A stretch of DNA of 64,000 bases. Source: Gonapodya sp. JEL0774. Lineage: Eukaryota. The stretch covers positions 62,001 to 126,000 of the forward strand of contig JADIIX010000026.1 of assembly GCA_027604505.1 (NCBI GenBank), given 5' to 3'. Position numbers and translations under genes: made by a program. The notes beneath the pieces are model-generated. The model worked only from the letters and a program-made list of their open reading frames with translations. It searched no databases and was not told where the DNA came from. Shown in pieces: positions 39,803-53,002 of the stretch. Position 1 is the first letter of the stretch. Every line of letters starts with the position of its first letter.

Positions 39803-40693
39803 TCCCGTCACGTTCCTCGGATGGATCCTTCGTCTCCCGTGCCCTGTGGTTGCCGTTGCCCCCTAATCTGCACCTGTTCCGAGTGGACCCTGCACTCCGC
39901 TCCATTGACCACCTTCGCAATTTCCACTGTAAGGGTAATCCCACCCAATTCCATGGGAGCAAAAGTGTGTATTGTCACTCTTGGTAACTTATGCATATGA
40001 ATTAGGTTTGAGGGGAAGTGTGTGGAGGGATGCAGGGCAACTGTGCAGAAAGTGGGGAGTGTTCTCCCCGAGCTTGTAACACAATCTCATGAAGCACCAT
40101 TTGGTGTGTTGCTAACCACTGGATTATGACTTCCTTGATTCATTGCACTGGATCCACTTTTGTTGGAATCTGAGGGGTTAACGACAGAGGTCGAACTTTG
40201 TGGCCAAAGAGTCTGATGGGCCCACCAGAGGGTGGGCTTTGGACCTTAGGTTCCAGAGTAATTTGTAGAGGGGGTTCTTCATGTCTCCGCTGTCTATTCA
40301 GCCAAGTTTCTCCACACAACTCCACACAACACAGTGCACGTGGTGGGAAATTGATGTAACAGATCGTTGAAAATTACATTGTTAATCACAGACAATTGCC
40401 GGGGGTGTACAGGGAGGCGGTACCACTAAACTGAATACGAGGAATGACACCACGACCCCACGACCAGCATGACCTCCACGACCACAAACAACCGCGCTCC
40501 TTTACAATACGCCCCAAGGCCAGCTTGCGGCCGCAGAATATGCAAAATCTTACATAAGTTGGATTCTGATTGTCGTTTGTTGTGCTTGTTACTCCTGCCT
40601 TCAGCGTTCTTCCTCCATTTGAACGCTGCCTTGTGTGCCACTTCCCACTCTATCCCCTGTCCCCGAGTCTGACACCAAGACCAACTGCTCCCC

Positions 40694-43435
40694 TCAGTTG
40701 CTGAACGGGTTCTCCAGGACAGGAAGACTTGCCATCGTGCTCTGAGGAGGGAGTTACAATCGCGCAAGAGAGGATGTTAGAGAGAGAACACACTGCACAA
40801 AACATCTGAAGCGATTGACACTCTTCGAACCTAACACACCCACGACCCCCACCTCTGCCCCCCTAATACTCCCACACCCGCGGTTCTTGGCGCTCTCCCC
40901 GAAACTCACCGTCTTCGAACCTGGCTCCGCTGACGGCGCCGCATCGAACTTGATCATATCCTCTGTTGCGGGCGCAGTACTCGCTCCAAACCCTCCCCCT
41001 CCCGTGCTATTCCTCTGCGAGCGCGACCTCGGTATCCTGTTCCCTGCCGGTCGGCCCACCTCCACCTCTCCATCCTCGCCACTCAACCCCGAGGAGCCTT
41101 TATTGCCCGCAGAATTCGACCTTTGCAGCGCAGTGGGCCCAAACAGGCTCGACTGGGCCATACCCGACCGCTCACTGCCCCTCACGACAGGCGTCGGGGT
41201 GTTGGATCCTGGTTGCGAGCTGATGGACGACCGCGTGGAGTCAGATTTCGACTGGGTCTTCTTGGCGGCCTGGCCGAGGATCTGCGCAGTACGGGACTTG
41301 GGACCAGAGGGGGCAAGGGTGGTGCCCAGCGAGTCGTCGTCAAAGGTCATCCACGCGTCTCGAATCTTCTTTTTGTCGGGCATGTCTTGCATGATATCAA
41401 GCTCCACGCCGCCGTTGGCCGTCCGGCCAAACCTCCCGCTGCCGGTGGTGGTACTGCCCTTTTTGGGATTCTCCACTGAAAACCCATTGTGCATGTCCGT
41501 CGCAGCTTCTTCCGCCGCTCCACCACCGGCAACCTTGAGTCGCCGCTTGTTGAGGTACCCGTTCGCACCGCCGCCAACGAGGCCCGACAGGAACCCAAAC
41601 ACGCCGGGCTTGGACTCCATCTCAGGCGTTTGGCCTCCTTGTTTCTCCCGCGCACTCGCCATCATAGACGCGAATCGCTTCGTGAGCTGCGGGTATTCCT
41701 TGTCGGACAGCGACGGGTCCGCGTACGACGAGGTCTGCATGCCCGACTTGACTTTGCGGTTGCCCCTGCAGCACAGGCAGAACCCTGGCCAGCGGCCCAT
41801 GCGCCATCGGAACAAACATGAACCCACAATGAGAAGGAAGACCAAGGAGCAGCTGACGGCGATCCCGGCGATCGCGCCTACAGAGAGCGACTTTGCGAAT
41901 TTGATGATGGCGCCGATAAGTCCGCTGAAGCCTGCCGGGGCGGGAGCATTGTGTGCGGGTTTGGCAGCCTTTCCGGAGAGGATGGTCACGTTGAGGAAGA
42001 CAGGGAGACCGTCGGCGGAGTTCCAGGGACGGTAGTCCAAGAGGTAGGATGTTCCAGCGTCAATGGTCGAGTTGGGTCCAAGGGCGACACTGGAGCAGCA
42101 GTTGGGCCGCTCGACATCGTACAAGAACGTTGCGCCTGTTCCATCTGTGGTCACGCCGGGTTGACCTTGGGCCCACTGGTTGCAGTAAGCGTTGGCAAGA
42201 TCGGTGTTGAGGAAGCCACAACGGACGGATTCAGTAGGGACGCCTTCCACACAGAAAGTAGAGTTGGAAGTCGCGATCGGGTTGGTGCCGGTGTTCGTGC
42301 ACTGGTCGTAAACGGCAATCAAGTCTTGTTCACTAAGGCGTTCAAAATAGGGTGAACGGAGGGAGGGACGAACGTTCTAAGACTCTCAGGAGCCAAAGTT
42401 TCAAATTGCCATTGCAACTTACCGTTGGTCGAGGATTGCTTGCCTTCCTGTACTCAACAGTGTGTCAACACTGTCGCAGATGGACGACTCCAAGATATTG
42501 AGAAAATCTGAGTAATACTGCAGGCACGTTTTCTGGCAAAGAAGCTGAGGGGGCGACCGAGACGCGTCGGATTACGGTGTCAAAAAGGGTCAAATAGGTA
42601 TCACCGTCGAGGAGTACAAACAGCAGGATTCAATTGCCAGCAACAATAACGATTGAAAACGAAGAATAGTTGCTTCCACTCACCGGCCTCACTGCTCCCG
42701 TGGGCAGTGCGGGGACGGTCGTGGGTCTGAGGTAGGCATTTGCCCCGTTGCAGGCCCCATAGGCATTGATGGAGAGTGCACATCCGTATGAAACTTGATA
42801 TCGGAGGCCACGACCAGTCCAGCTGATGTTTGTAAGACACGATTGTCGGGTGAGACTGGGGAATCAAAATGTTGTTGTTGAAAAAGAGACTCACTTGCAA
42901 GAGTATTTTTGGTTGAAGAGCGAGGTGATGTTTGACGAGGCTGCAGTTGCGAGAAATAGAGCAAATGAGAGTCGATATACGATGGAAAGATTCACTTCAG
43001 TCCACCAAACCAGGACTAGGGCCGTGTTCTCAAAACTTGGGAGGTTGTTGCCCCCAAGACCACCGCGAAGTCCCGGCGGTTGCCAAGATTTCACGGATAC
43101 GGTAACCCAAAAATACACTCACTTGCCCAGTACATCAGATTATAGTCGAATCCAGTGGTAATCTGCCGTCCTCCAGTGGTGAAGTTGCCTGTTGTGAGAG
43201 GGAAGCCGTCTGGAACAGCAAGCTGGGAATCGATTCCCGGCGAATCCGGGCCGTCGAAAGCGAACGTGCGAGACCAGGGAACGCAGAGCGAGTTCTGGTT
43301 GATGAGAGAGCATGTGCTGGGCTTGTCGGGGATTGGGTCTGTCAATGGGATTTGAGCAGCAAGAGACCCCGAAGGCAGAAGAATCAGAGAAGCGGCAGCA
43401 GCAATGGCGGCCAGCGTGGCAGCGACAGACGGCAT
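40694..43435 (-). CDS. Type I membrane protein with a Cys-rich extracellular domain and a C-terminal NPF motif
   Basis: Signal peptide MPSVAATLAAIAAAASLILL; LRYQVSYGC, LCQKTC, FCVEGVPTESVRCGF..C, CC; TM GAIAGIAVSCSLVFLLIVGSCLF; last exon STMASLPVLENPFSN-stop after intron 40742-40909. Confidence 0.65.
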
Positions 43436-44094
43436 TTTGTTTATTGCGAGTCTGCGGCGTGCGTCTTGGGGATTCTGCGCGGGTGTTCTTTGCTCGCTCT
43501 GTTTTGGGTTGGTTTCAGTGGGTCGTTGCTTTTTGAACGCCAGGGTCGTTGCCGCAAATTTCGGCAGATCGTTGCCCCTTTTTACAGCCAAACACCAAGA
43601 AACAAGCGAATTCAGCCCCAAATCTCAGTAGCGTGTGCTTTAATTTTGACAAAGCCATTCGAACTAGCCCACCAAGAGCTTGGGCTTCTCGTCTTCAGTT
43701 GATCGCAGGGTTCGTTTGGAGCCAAGCAATCCCCCGCGGTAAGGCCTGATAAGGCCAACGTCGCGTTCATATTATACCACGCCAAAAGAGAAGTGTCGAG
43801 GGAGAACGCAAGCGTACAAGTAGTTTCAAGGATTATGAAGGGAATTTATCTCCAAACGTGACACCACCTAGAGAAGGAAAGACGGTCTTGGAATTGAGAT
43901 TAAGAGTTTCAGATTCTCTTCATTATTTCATTATGCTCTTTATACTCAAATACCAGAAAAGGTTCAGATGGGAGATGTCTGCCACAAATCCAGCTCGGGG
44001 CCTTATGATGCGAAAGGTTCCGCTCACCCACAGCGTCTCTTGCCCCTGTCATTGCTCGCCCTCTCGGCCCTGGACCTTGGACTTTTCCTTGGCG

Positions 44095-47000
44095 ATGCTC
44101 CCTCTTGCGCTAGGAATAGGCGTGGAAACTATTAAAAAGCTCGCCTCCTCTCGAAAGGACAAGCAGAATCGGAAAAGCACCGGCATTGTAATCGGCACCG
44201 GCGAGGAAGACGACGGACAGCTTTTGGATCTTTCAGACAGAGGTCTCGCAGAACATTTGAATCCGCATGTGGATTTCCCTCTACAGAACCGGGGCCAAGC
44301 TGTTTTCTCCCCTTCCGATCCCTCAGGTTTCGTGTCTCTTGGCCCTGCCGAGAGGAGGGAGAGGAAGATCCAAGAACGGCGGGAGGGAAAGCGCACAGTT
44401 AGACCGCCAAGGCCGAGCGCCTTCCAGAGCAAAGGATCGGGAGTGCCTCCCTGGTACTTGGTGAGTTTCACCGATGTCGAAAAACATGCGACGTCTACCG
44501 CTGCTACCACGTTCCCGCTTCCTACCTTCCGTGTCCCATCCCTCTCTGCCACTCTTTGACTCATTTCGATAACCGGAACCCCGCGGAAGCCGAGCTGTGG
44601 CGCCGCATTGAGTTCTGGAAAGTCCGCCACTACCGATTACTCCCACGCCATCCAGTAATGTCCTCTGCTCGCAATTCGCTCGACGAGGAAGAACCAACGG
44701 ATACTGAGATGGCGTTGGCGAGCGCGGGGAGGATTCGGTTCCTCGTGGATGCCGACCTGGACGCCGATGAGAGGGGTCTGGACGTGTTTACAATGAACCG
44801 GCACAGGATCGCGCCGAGCTCGTCAATTGTCGGGACAGGAGGTGTCAGTGTGCATGCAGATTGCCAAATAACTTTTCGATTAAGAGTGCCCAGGTGCGTT
44901 GACTGCCACCAGACCGGGGAGTGGGGGACAGGGGGGGGGGGTTTGATTGCGGAAGGTCTCCACTGGCAATTACGGAGGGTAGATGACGTCGTGAGTGGCC
45001 AAGCATCACCGTCTCAAATGGAGTCGTCACCATGTGAGACGGCTGGAATGGTGCCGAACACCATTGGAACCTTTGACTCACTGTATCAGTTGTGAAGTGG
45101 GCAACTCGCATCTTAGGGAAAAGGCGTGGCTGCGCTTCCCACGTATCAATCTAATCGGGGCCATCGGCAGATCCGTTGTCACCAATATACCCATTACTGC
45201 CTCCCAACTGACACCCGATCGCCCTTACTATTACTTTGAGGTTCTCATATCGGAAGTTGGGGGGAAGGTATGCTTACATCGAAACGTTCAGTTAGAGCTA
45301 CGATCAAACACCGAATCTCCCCTAAACACCAGACGCCGGAGCACATCCTAGCTGCCATGGACGAGTATCTTGTGCGCACCGCCATCGCTAATTCGCTCAC
45401 CGAGGGCGGCGCAGAGCACGATGACCATTCCAATCTACCGGATATCTCACCCAGTCCTTCCCTCGGCGATTCCATCAGTTCCACCCCGACGTCCAATCAC
45501 CTCCACGTGCCTTCCGCCGAGCGTGTACATTCTAATTCACTACATCCTTCAGCATCTCCATCAGCAGATTCAGTGTCCATCCGAAGTGGTAGAAGTGGGA
45601 GCACGTCGATGAACGATTCCATCTCGACATTCTTTGGCAGGCGAAGAAAGTACGATTACGATGCCTTCCTAGAAGATTTGGCCGACTCGGGAGACTCAGA
45701 TACGCAGTCCAGGGAGCTCAGGAGGGTGAGGAGTGCTGCTTCCGAAGGATACATCTCCAGCGCTCTCAAGGTGGGATTGAGAGGTGCCGTTGGGTCTCTC
45801 GCACGATCCGTTGAGAACGGGAGTGCATCGCGGTCGTCATCTCCGGCGGCGTCTCCCGTGCCTAGTCGGCGATTCGCGTCCGTAGCGGGGATGATTCCTC
45901 AGACCCCCCGAGCCTCCACCGTCTCGGATCCCCTGTATTTTTCGACTGTTGCGAGTTCTTCCCACCCTATACATGTCGTTTCTGCTCTCGATCCTTTTGA
46001 GCCAGGCGTAAGAGGTAGCCCGGTCAGTCCGAGTGCCTCGTCGTCGTCCATTGCGACGTCGAGCATGTCCACGGGGTCGGTTCAGGACGAAGCACCAGGA
46101 GCTGGAGTTGCCAGCACCAACATCGTTCGAGAATTGGCGGTGGACGGCCCCCCCGATTATTCTGAACACCTCAATCACCAGCTCGCAGCTGGTGACACGT
46201 CGTTCACCCCACACCCTGAGGCTCCCTCCACGCAAGCTTCCTCTCCTCTGCCTTCGTCCCAGCGTCCTCGCAACTCGTCGTTTGACAGTCGCGTGCGTCG
46301 AGGCCGGGACCGGTCCACTCCCGAAGTCCACGAGTCGCTTGATATTCCCCCTTTTGGAATGCCATGGGCGGGTAGGATGACCGGGGCGCACCAGTTGAAC
46401 AGTAGTACGGGCCAGCCAAAGAGGTTGCCGGTGAATGTTCATATCGGGTTGGTGACAAGACCATAGTGAGTGTGTGTTGGTTGTAGGTGCGACGTGGTTG
46501 TACTCGATGTTATCACTGACCTGCTTGTACTCTGTCCGTCGTCAAACTCTTAAATTTCATTGTCATCGCTGGATCGCAGCCCCTCCTTCTGTGCTCCAGG
46601 ACACCTCACCCCTTCAGTCGGTCTCTGGTCCGATTCGGAGCGAAGCTTCGTTCGCTCATCTCTCAACCCCCGCAAAGATGAACCATCGGACGTGCCTCTT
46701 GGAGGCGAATGGGTGGTGCGCGTTGGGGACGTGGTTGGCGTGGGACTGGAGGTGGATGGGAACTCGAATGGGAGGGTCTGGTTTACACGGAACGGCAAGC
46801 GCTTGCGGACAGAGAATGGCAAAGGGGAGGTCTTTGTGGTTCCTGTGGGCTGGGAGCTAGGTGTTGCAGGACGCTTGTTCGCGTGTGTAGGGGCAGATGG
46901 GCCTGCCCAGATGCTGGTCAACTTCGGGAACGAGCCGTTTTTGTACACAGGGCCGGGCACGGTTCGGTTACCCAGGGAGAGAACAACGGTCAAAAGCCCT

Positions 47001-47219
47001 TTCGTTGCTGCCGCCGCTGAGAGCAACGTCGAAGTTACGGCCAGTGGCCGGGAGGTAGATCTCGCTTTGAACGGTCATGCACCTGTCGCAAGCAAAGGAT
47101 TGGGATTACAGCGACCGGAGCATCCACCCGAGTATGAACACGCTGTGAGGATGGAATCCGCTGAGGATCGACCACGTGCAAGTGTGAGTGGGGTTGCGAG
47201 TGTTGGGGAGGTACGGTAA
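44095..47219 (+). CDS. SPRY-domain protein, Ssh4/Ear1-like Rsp5 adaptor
   Basis: SVVTNIPI..YYYFEVLI, VHIGLVTRPY|PSFCAPG, GDVVGVG..VWFTRNGKRL, LFACVGADG..VNFGNEPFLY; PPxY motifs PPDY and PPEY. Confidence 0.78.
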
Positions 47220-47479
47220 CCCCTTTCATGGCGTGATTCCAGAACGCCATTTTGTAAGTTTTCTAAGTCACAAGGATTATTTTACCCCTCTATCTCTGTT
47301 AGAGAATCTCAGTTTCAAGTAACGTTATGTTGTAGCTATCTAGTTTTGGTGTCAAGCTTATTCTGTGTAATATCTGGGAAGGGGTGTCGGGGGAGAGGGG
47401 AGGGCGTGGGGCAATCACATGCATACAGAATGAGTTTTTTCCCCTAAGTCGTGATTTAATTTTTTGGTACTACAAATCC

Positions 47480-48330
47480 AGCTTCCTTCTCAATGAACGA
47501 AATAATCAAGAGACGACTGTGGTGAGAACTGAAGGATGGTGCACTGAACAATGGTCATATCGTCCTTCCGCAGTCTTTCACCTCACACTCGTTGTTAGTG
47601 GTGCAGCAATATGCGCAAACTTCGGAATAAAAAACCTGTAGTAACCTCTTAATCCCAGGAAACTACGTAACGCAGTCACGGTAGACGGCAAAGGGAAATC
47701 ACGTATAGCAGCGATTTTATTTGGATCTATTTTGATCATCCCGTCCTTGGCAATGACATGACCCAAGTACGGCGTTTCCTTCTGACAAACCGAGCACTTT
47801 GCCGCACGAAGTTTCAATTTCATCGTACGCAAGCGGCGGAACATTTCGTTTAAGTGTTTTAAATGGTCATCAAACGTATTGGAGAAAACCAAGATATCGT
47901 CCAAGTAGACCAGAGTGTATACCCAGTTGATACCTTGTACCACAGCGTCCATGCGACGTTGAAAGGTGGCTGGTGCATTTGTCATGCCAAACGTCATTCG
48001 TTTTAATTTGAATAATGCTTCGTGCGTAATAAACGCGGTAAGCGCTCGGTGTTCTGGTGCCATCTTGACGTTCCAATAACCCCACGTAATATCCACCAGC
48101 CGTGTAATACTGAGTGCCTTGCGTAGCGTCGATAAGGTCGTCGACCCGAGGGAGCGGGTACACGTCCTTGTTTGTCATAGCGCTTAACTCGCTGTAATCA
48201 ATACAAAACCGCAATTTTCCGTCTTTCTTTTGTACCATCACAACCGGTGACGCCCATTCACTTTCGGACTGTTGGATAATATCATCACGTAACATGTCTT
48301 CAATTCATTTTGTGATTGCAATCAAATACA
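47480..48330 (-). mobile_element. Degenerate Ty3/gypsy LTR-retrotransposon reverse-transcriptase fragment
   Basis: SESEWASPVVMVQKKDGKLRFCIDY, YPLPRVDDL, GYW, MTFGMTNAPATFQR, VYLDDILVFS, YLGH, LRSFLGL.GYYRFFI. One-base frameshift near 48097, stops at both ends, no introns, and no gag, integrase or LTR pair seen. Confidence 0.92.
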
Positions 48331-48830
48331 GAACGTTTGTATACGGGAAGTGATCGTCGGCACTTCAATCTATAACGGCAACAACGTCGTCTACGGGACG
48401 TGTTGGACATCTACGTGGCTCACCAGACGTGGTCGATGTCCAACTCGTAAAGTAATAAGTACATAAATAAAGGCGGTCATTTTATCATAGAAGGAAACCA
48501 ACAAATGACTCAAATCAATTCGAAATTGACTCCACTCAGACGGTGCGATCCACGGTGCCGCTCTTTGGAGCTCCACTGTCATGGCCAAAGCTCACATTTC
48601 AATTCGATTGGAGCTCAGACATTAGTCGGAACCGGGATGGAAGAGCGGACGTTTTGACCGATTCTCAGAGTAGATCAAGTGGTGCTTCAATAAGAGCTGA
48701 AAACTAAAAGAGAACAAGCGAACGGTCGGTATTCCGCCTGCACAGGACGCCGGACGAGCGACGACGAAGACGAACGGTGACATTTCGTGAGAAGAAGGAC
48801 AGAGCGAACGTGGAAACGGGCCGAGCGACG

Positions 48831-51800
48831 ATGACTGTGTTGGAAATGGTGGGAGTAGAGCCCAACTTGGGTGGATCGAGTCTGACGGAGGGAATTCGAA
48901 TGCGACAACGCGTCGCGCTCAATTTTCTGAAAAACATCTCGTTGGACGGCAGCATCTCTGATGGCGCGACGTTGAAGCAATCTTTAACAGTAAAAGCGGT
49001 CCAAGAAAAACAGTCCGTTTGCGATCCGGCCGAAACGACCACTGGATTAAGCGATACAGGCGGCAATCTCGATCCCGTACTTGCAGAATCAACCCACGTA
49101 CTCGCACAGTCTTTGCATTCTCCTCTCCAGTCTTCCCCGCTCCGCCCCTCGGACCTCCTGCGGATCCAACCCTCCCCGACGGCTGCGAGTCTGTCCCTGC
49201 CCTCGCTTTCCCCCACGCGCCAGCAGCGTCCTCTCCCGCACCATCTCTCGCTAGATCTTTCTCTTCTTTCTTCGAAGCTTCCTTCATCCTATCCAGCCTC
49301 GCTCGACTCGCCACCCTCGTCTGTCGAGTCAGCCCCCCCGCGTGCATACTCCCCCGTCTCCTCTACCACAAACTCCAAATCGACCTCGTCTTCTTTATCC
49401 TTCCCGTCACCTTCCTCGTCGTCCTCTTCTTCTTTGTCCTTGTCCTCGTCCTCCTCAGACGAGGAAGGAGACGTCCAGTTGACCACTAATCCAAAGCAAC
49501 CCACGCCGCTTCGTCGCCCCTTTGCAGATGCATCTTTCCCTCCACAGCCCGACAAATCTCGTCGCTGGCCCCTTGTTAAGCCCTCTAGCTCTCCTTCTGC
49601 CGCACCTGCACCATCACCCAGTTTAGCACAACAACCTCTCTCTCTTCGTGCTGCTGCACTCCGCTTCCTCGACCTGGACGGCGGTGGTGGCAGCTCTGAT
49701 AGCCCGGGTGGTGGTGGTGCTGAGGTTCCCCACGCAGGACATGGATCTAAATTTCGTCGCGATGGTGGCGGTGTCGGCGAGACGTCCAAACCACGGCCTC
49801 CCACACTCCGTTTCTTCGACCGCGAATTCCCCCGCCCCTCCAAATCCCCCACCCGGCCGAGTGGTGGCCGCCGGTGGCTTCCCCGCCGCGCCCGCTCCTT
49901 GTCTCAATCCGACTCGTACCGCGACCGCGAGCGAGAGAAGGAGCGAGAAATGTTTCGGCACCGCGATCGAGACCGGGAATGGCTCACACGGCGGGAGAGG
50001 GAAAGAGATCGTGACCGAGACAGCAGGCCCGCATGGCCGCCCGGCGACTCGAGTCGGCTGCGCAGACCCGACAAACGGGGTCGTCGGGGGCGAAGTAGGG
50101 ATACCCCCGCACCCACAGCGTCGTTTGTCTCACCGGTCCCGATTACTTCTCCGGCGAGGACGTCTGTACAATCCTCTGCACCTACCACGCCCACACCGTC
50201 GGTGCTTCCGGACCCGCTGCGAGATGCAGGAGCTTCCTCCACCACGACGTCGCCCACTCAATCCCGGACGCATCCTCCATATCAAGCTGGTGCGGCTGCT
50301 GTGACTTCAAACGCCGCTGTCCCTTCGGAGTTGGGCACGGGAGCCCCACCTCAAGGCCCCCAAGCAGCAGCTGCTGCTGCGAAAGCCGCGGCCCTAAGGT
50401 CGCTGACCCGTTTCAAGGAGATGATTCCCTCGGCTTCCGTTACCTCACCGCTCGCACAGAGAGCATCTTCGCCACTCGGATCAGGCATCAGACCTAGAGC
50501 CAATACCGAGGGAGCAGCTGGGGGGAGAACAAAGGCACGTTGGGCAGGGGATGGCACTGTCTCAGGAGTTGCGGCAGGATGGAAGTCCAAACGTGGTGGA
50601 GCCGTAGGTGCTGCGACAGGGACACCAGTCTCCGCATCCGCGGTGGTCAACAAAAAGCCCCCATTCACTGGTGCGGCTGCCAAAATTCTCTGGAGTGGGA
50701 GTGGGAGTGGATCGGATGACGCGTACAGACGGGCATCAAGTGGTAAGTTTCTTTTTCAGCAGATTCATCCGGAAGTTGCTTCTGACTGAGCGAAGCTACG
50801 TCTCACGAACGTTGGACAACTGCAAAATGCACTTCCATACGATCAAGCCTCCGCCCCGGCGCGCCCTCGTGCTCACACACAACTATCGGTGCCAGGACCT
50901 GGCTCGCTGGTCACTACCGGTGTTTTCGCGTCTCCGACAACCTCCACCACATCGCCGTCCTCACTTGCCACGCCCTCCACCAGCACCACAAACCACCGAC
51001 ACCGACATCATCACCACCACCATCGGAATCGAGAAGGTGTCGGCAGAGGTAGTGCGGGTATTGGGAGTGCAAGCGCTCTGGGATCGTCGTTTAATACCAT
51101 CGGCAGGACAGAGTCCAAGACGGCAGCGGGGCCCGGGCAGGAGAGAAGAGGAGCGTCGCAAATGGTAGTGTGGGCTGCTGGGGTAAGTCGTGGTCCGTGG
51201 TTTGGGAAAGAAGTGAGTGCTCGCAAACCGATTTCAAACTCACAAACACAGTCTACCCCCATTGGCGTCTCCTCCTTCATTCGGCACGTGGATGAGCGCA
51301 CGCGAGAGCGAGAACGCATTGCGCGGGGTGACGGTGCGCGAGGTGGCGTTGGAGGGGGAAAGCGTGCCAAGTCTGGGTCCGTTGAGTCAGGCGGGATGTG
51401 GGTACTGTTCGTGCATCTCGGGACAAGGCGTGGTACAGTAGTAGCTTACAGATTTGCATGCTATCTTTCTGGGCTCTTCGCAGGATGGTTGGAGCAGGGG
51501 ACAAGCCGAGGCGGAGGGTGAGTTGGTGGCAGACAATCGTGTTTGTTGACCTTGAAATTGAACTGTCAACGTGCGCTCTTAACACGGTGATCGTCTTCGG
51601 GATCACATGGCATCCCAACCTCAAACCAGGGTGAATCCTACGCCGCGCTACTGGTCGCAGAGCACACTCTCAGGTTGGTCCTTCCCGATAATCGTGTCCT
51701 TCAATGTTTGATGAAACTCTTCGCCTTAGTCCTCGATCACCACCGTCTTCATCATTGTCAAGTGCTGTCGCCTACGATCCGCACTACATAGACGACCCCG

Positions 51801-52816
51801 AATTGAGGACTGGTAAGCATAGGACAGTGATGGCATTGCCCGGATGGATGGTAAGTGCACGATTCATGTTGGAGGTTGGAATATCCGCGTCAGGTGGAAA
51901 AATAGTGCGAAGGAATGTTGGGATGGTTACTTAGTTCCCATAGGAATTTGTGACTCTGTTTGACTCACTATTTTTTCATTCTCCTGATTCCTTACTGTAG
52001 GGTTCTGTTATCCAGTATGTCCGACCGAGCGACCTCAAAAAAGAGCTCAACGATCAGTTCCGCCTTACACATCCAAACATTGACGAGTCGCTGACTTTGA
52101 GCCAGATACGGAACCTAAAGAAGAAACTAGTGGACGTTTCGGAGGAGATGGTGCGTACGATCGAAGTCGTTGCCACTATCATTGATCAAGAGAGTACGAA
52201 CCACTGATGATTATGATATTTTGATCGTGTAGGACCTTGATTTGAGTTGCGTGGCTCAATCGTTTGTTTACTTTGAGAAGCTGATTCTTAAAGATAAAGT
52301 GAACAAGGGTAACAGACGACTGGTCGCGGGTACGTTCTTTGCAGCCCAAAGCATCTTCAGCCGAGTGGCGACTGACACTCATTTTCTCTTGAACTTTCTG
52401 CACTGACTTACCACAGCGATATGCCTGCTCTTGGCACTCAAAGCAAACTCGGACGAGTTTCTCCTCGCGATGAGGGACAATGATTTGTCATCTGCACCCC
52501 CAAAGAAGGGCCTGAGGGAGTCTCGGGAGACAAAGTACGCCAGGTTGTTGGAGGTGAGCGACAATGTCGCATATTTATCGATTTTGAGCACGCGAACAAA
52601 TTTTTATCCCAACAGGTGATCGACAAGCATTTGTCCGTTTCTCCCAAAGAAGTCAGTTCTCATGAATTTGCTGTGTTTGCCGCGTTGGAATTTAGCCTTT
52701 TCGTACCGGGGGAAGAGATGGTGCCGCATTTGTTAAGAGTGGGACAGGCGAGGAAGATCAAAAGAATTGAGGATTATGCTGATGGAGAGGGTAAGTGGTG
52801 GAGTGTAATGGTTTGA
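48831..52816 (+). CDS. CABLES-like (CDK5/ABL1 substrate) cyclin-fold protein
   Basis: N-terminal [17 protein letters not shown]-terminal [85 protein letters not shown]. Confidence 0.88.
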
Positions 52817-53002
52817 ATGACGGTTGGTGGCGTGGTGCTATTAGTTTGAAGTTTGTGAATTGGAAATTGAACCTTCTGGGCGCGATAGTTCATACACCAC
52901 TGAAGGAAGGTCTTCGGCGAGCTTCCCTGTAGATAGCACGGTAGACCAACATGTTCAATTCATCACTAAGTGTACATGTATGTATCATCATGAGTATTAT
53001 CA

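Noticed and set aside
40815..42035. 406-aa plus-strand ORF and similar long antisense ORFs (25733-26302, 29930-30865, 45837-46442, 49289-49852)
   Set aside because: Shadow or alternate frames of GC-rich exons of identified genes; no motifs of their own.
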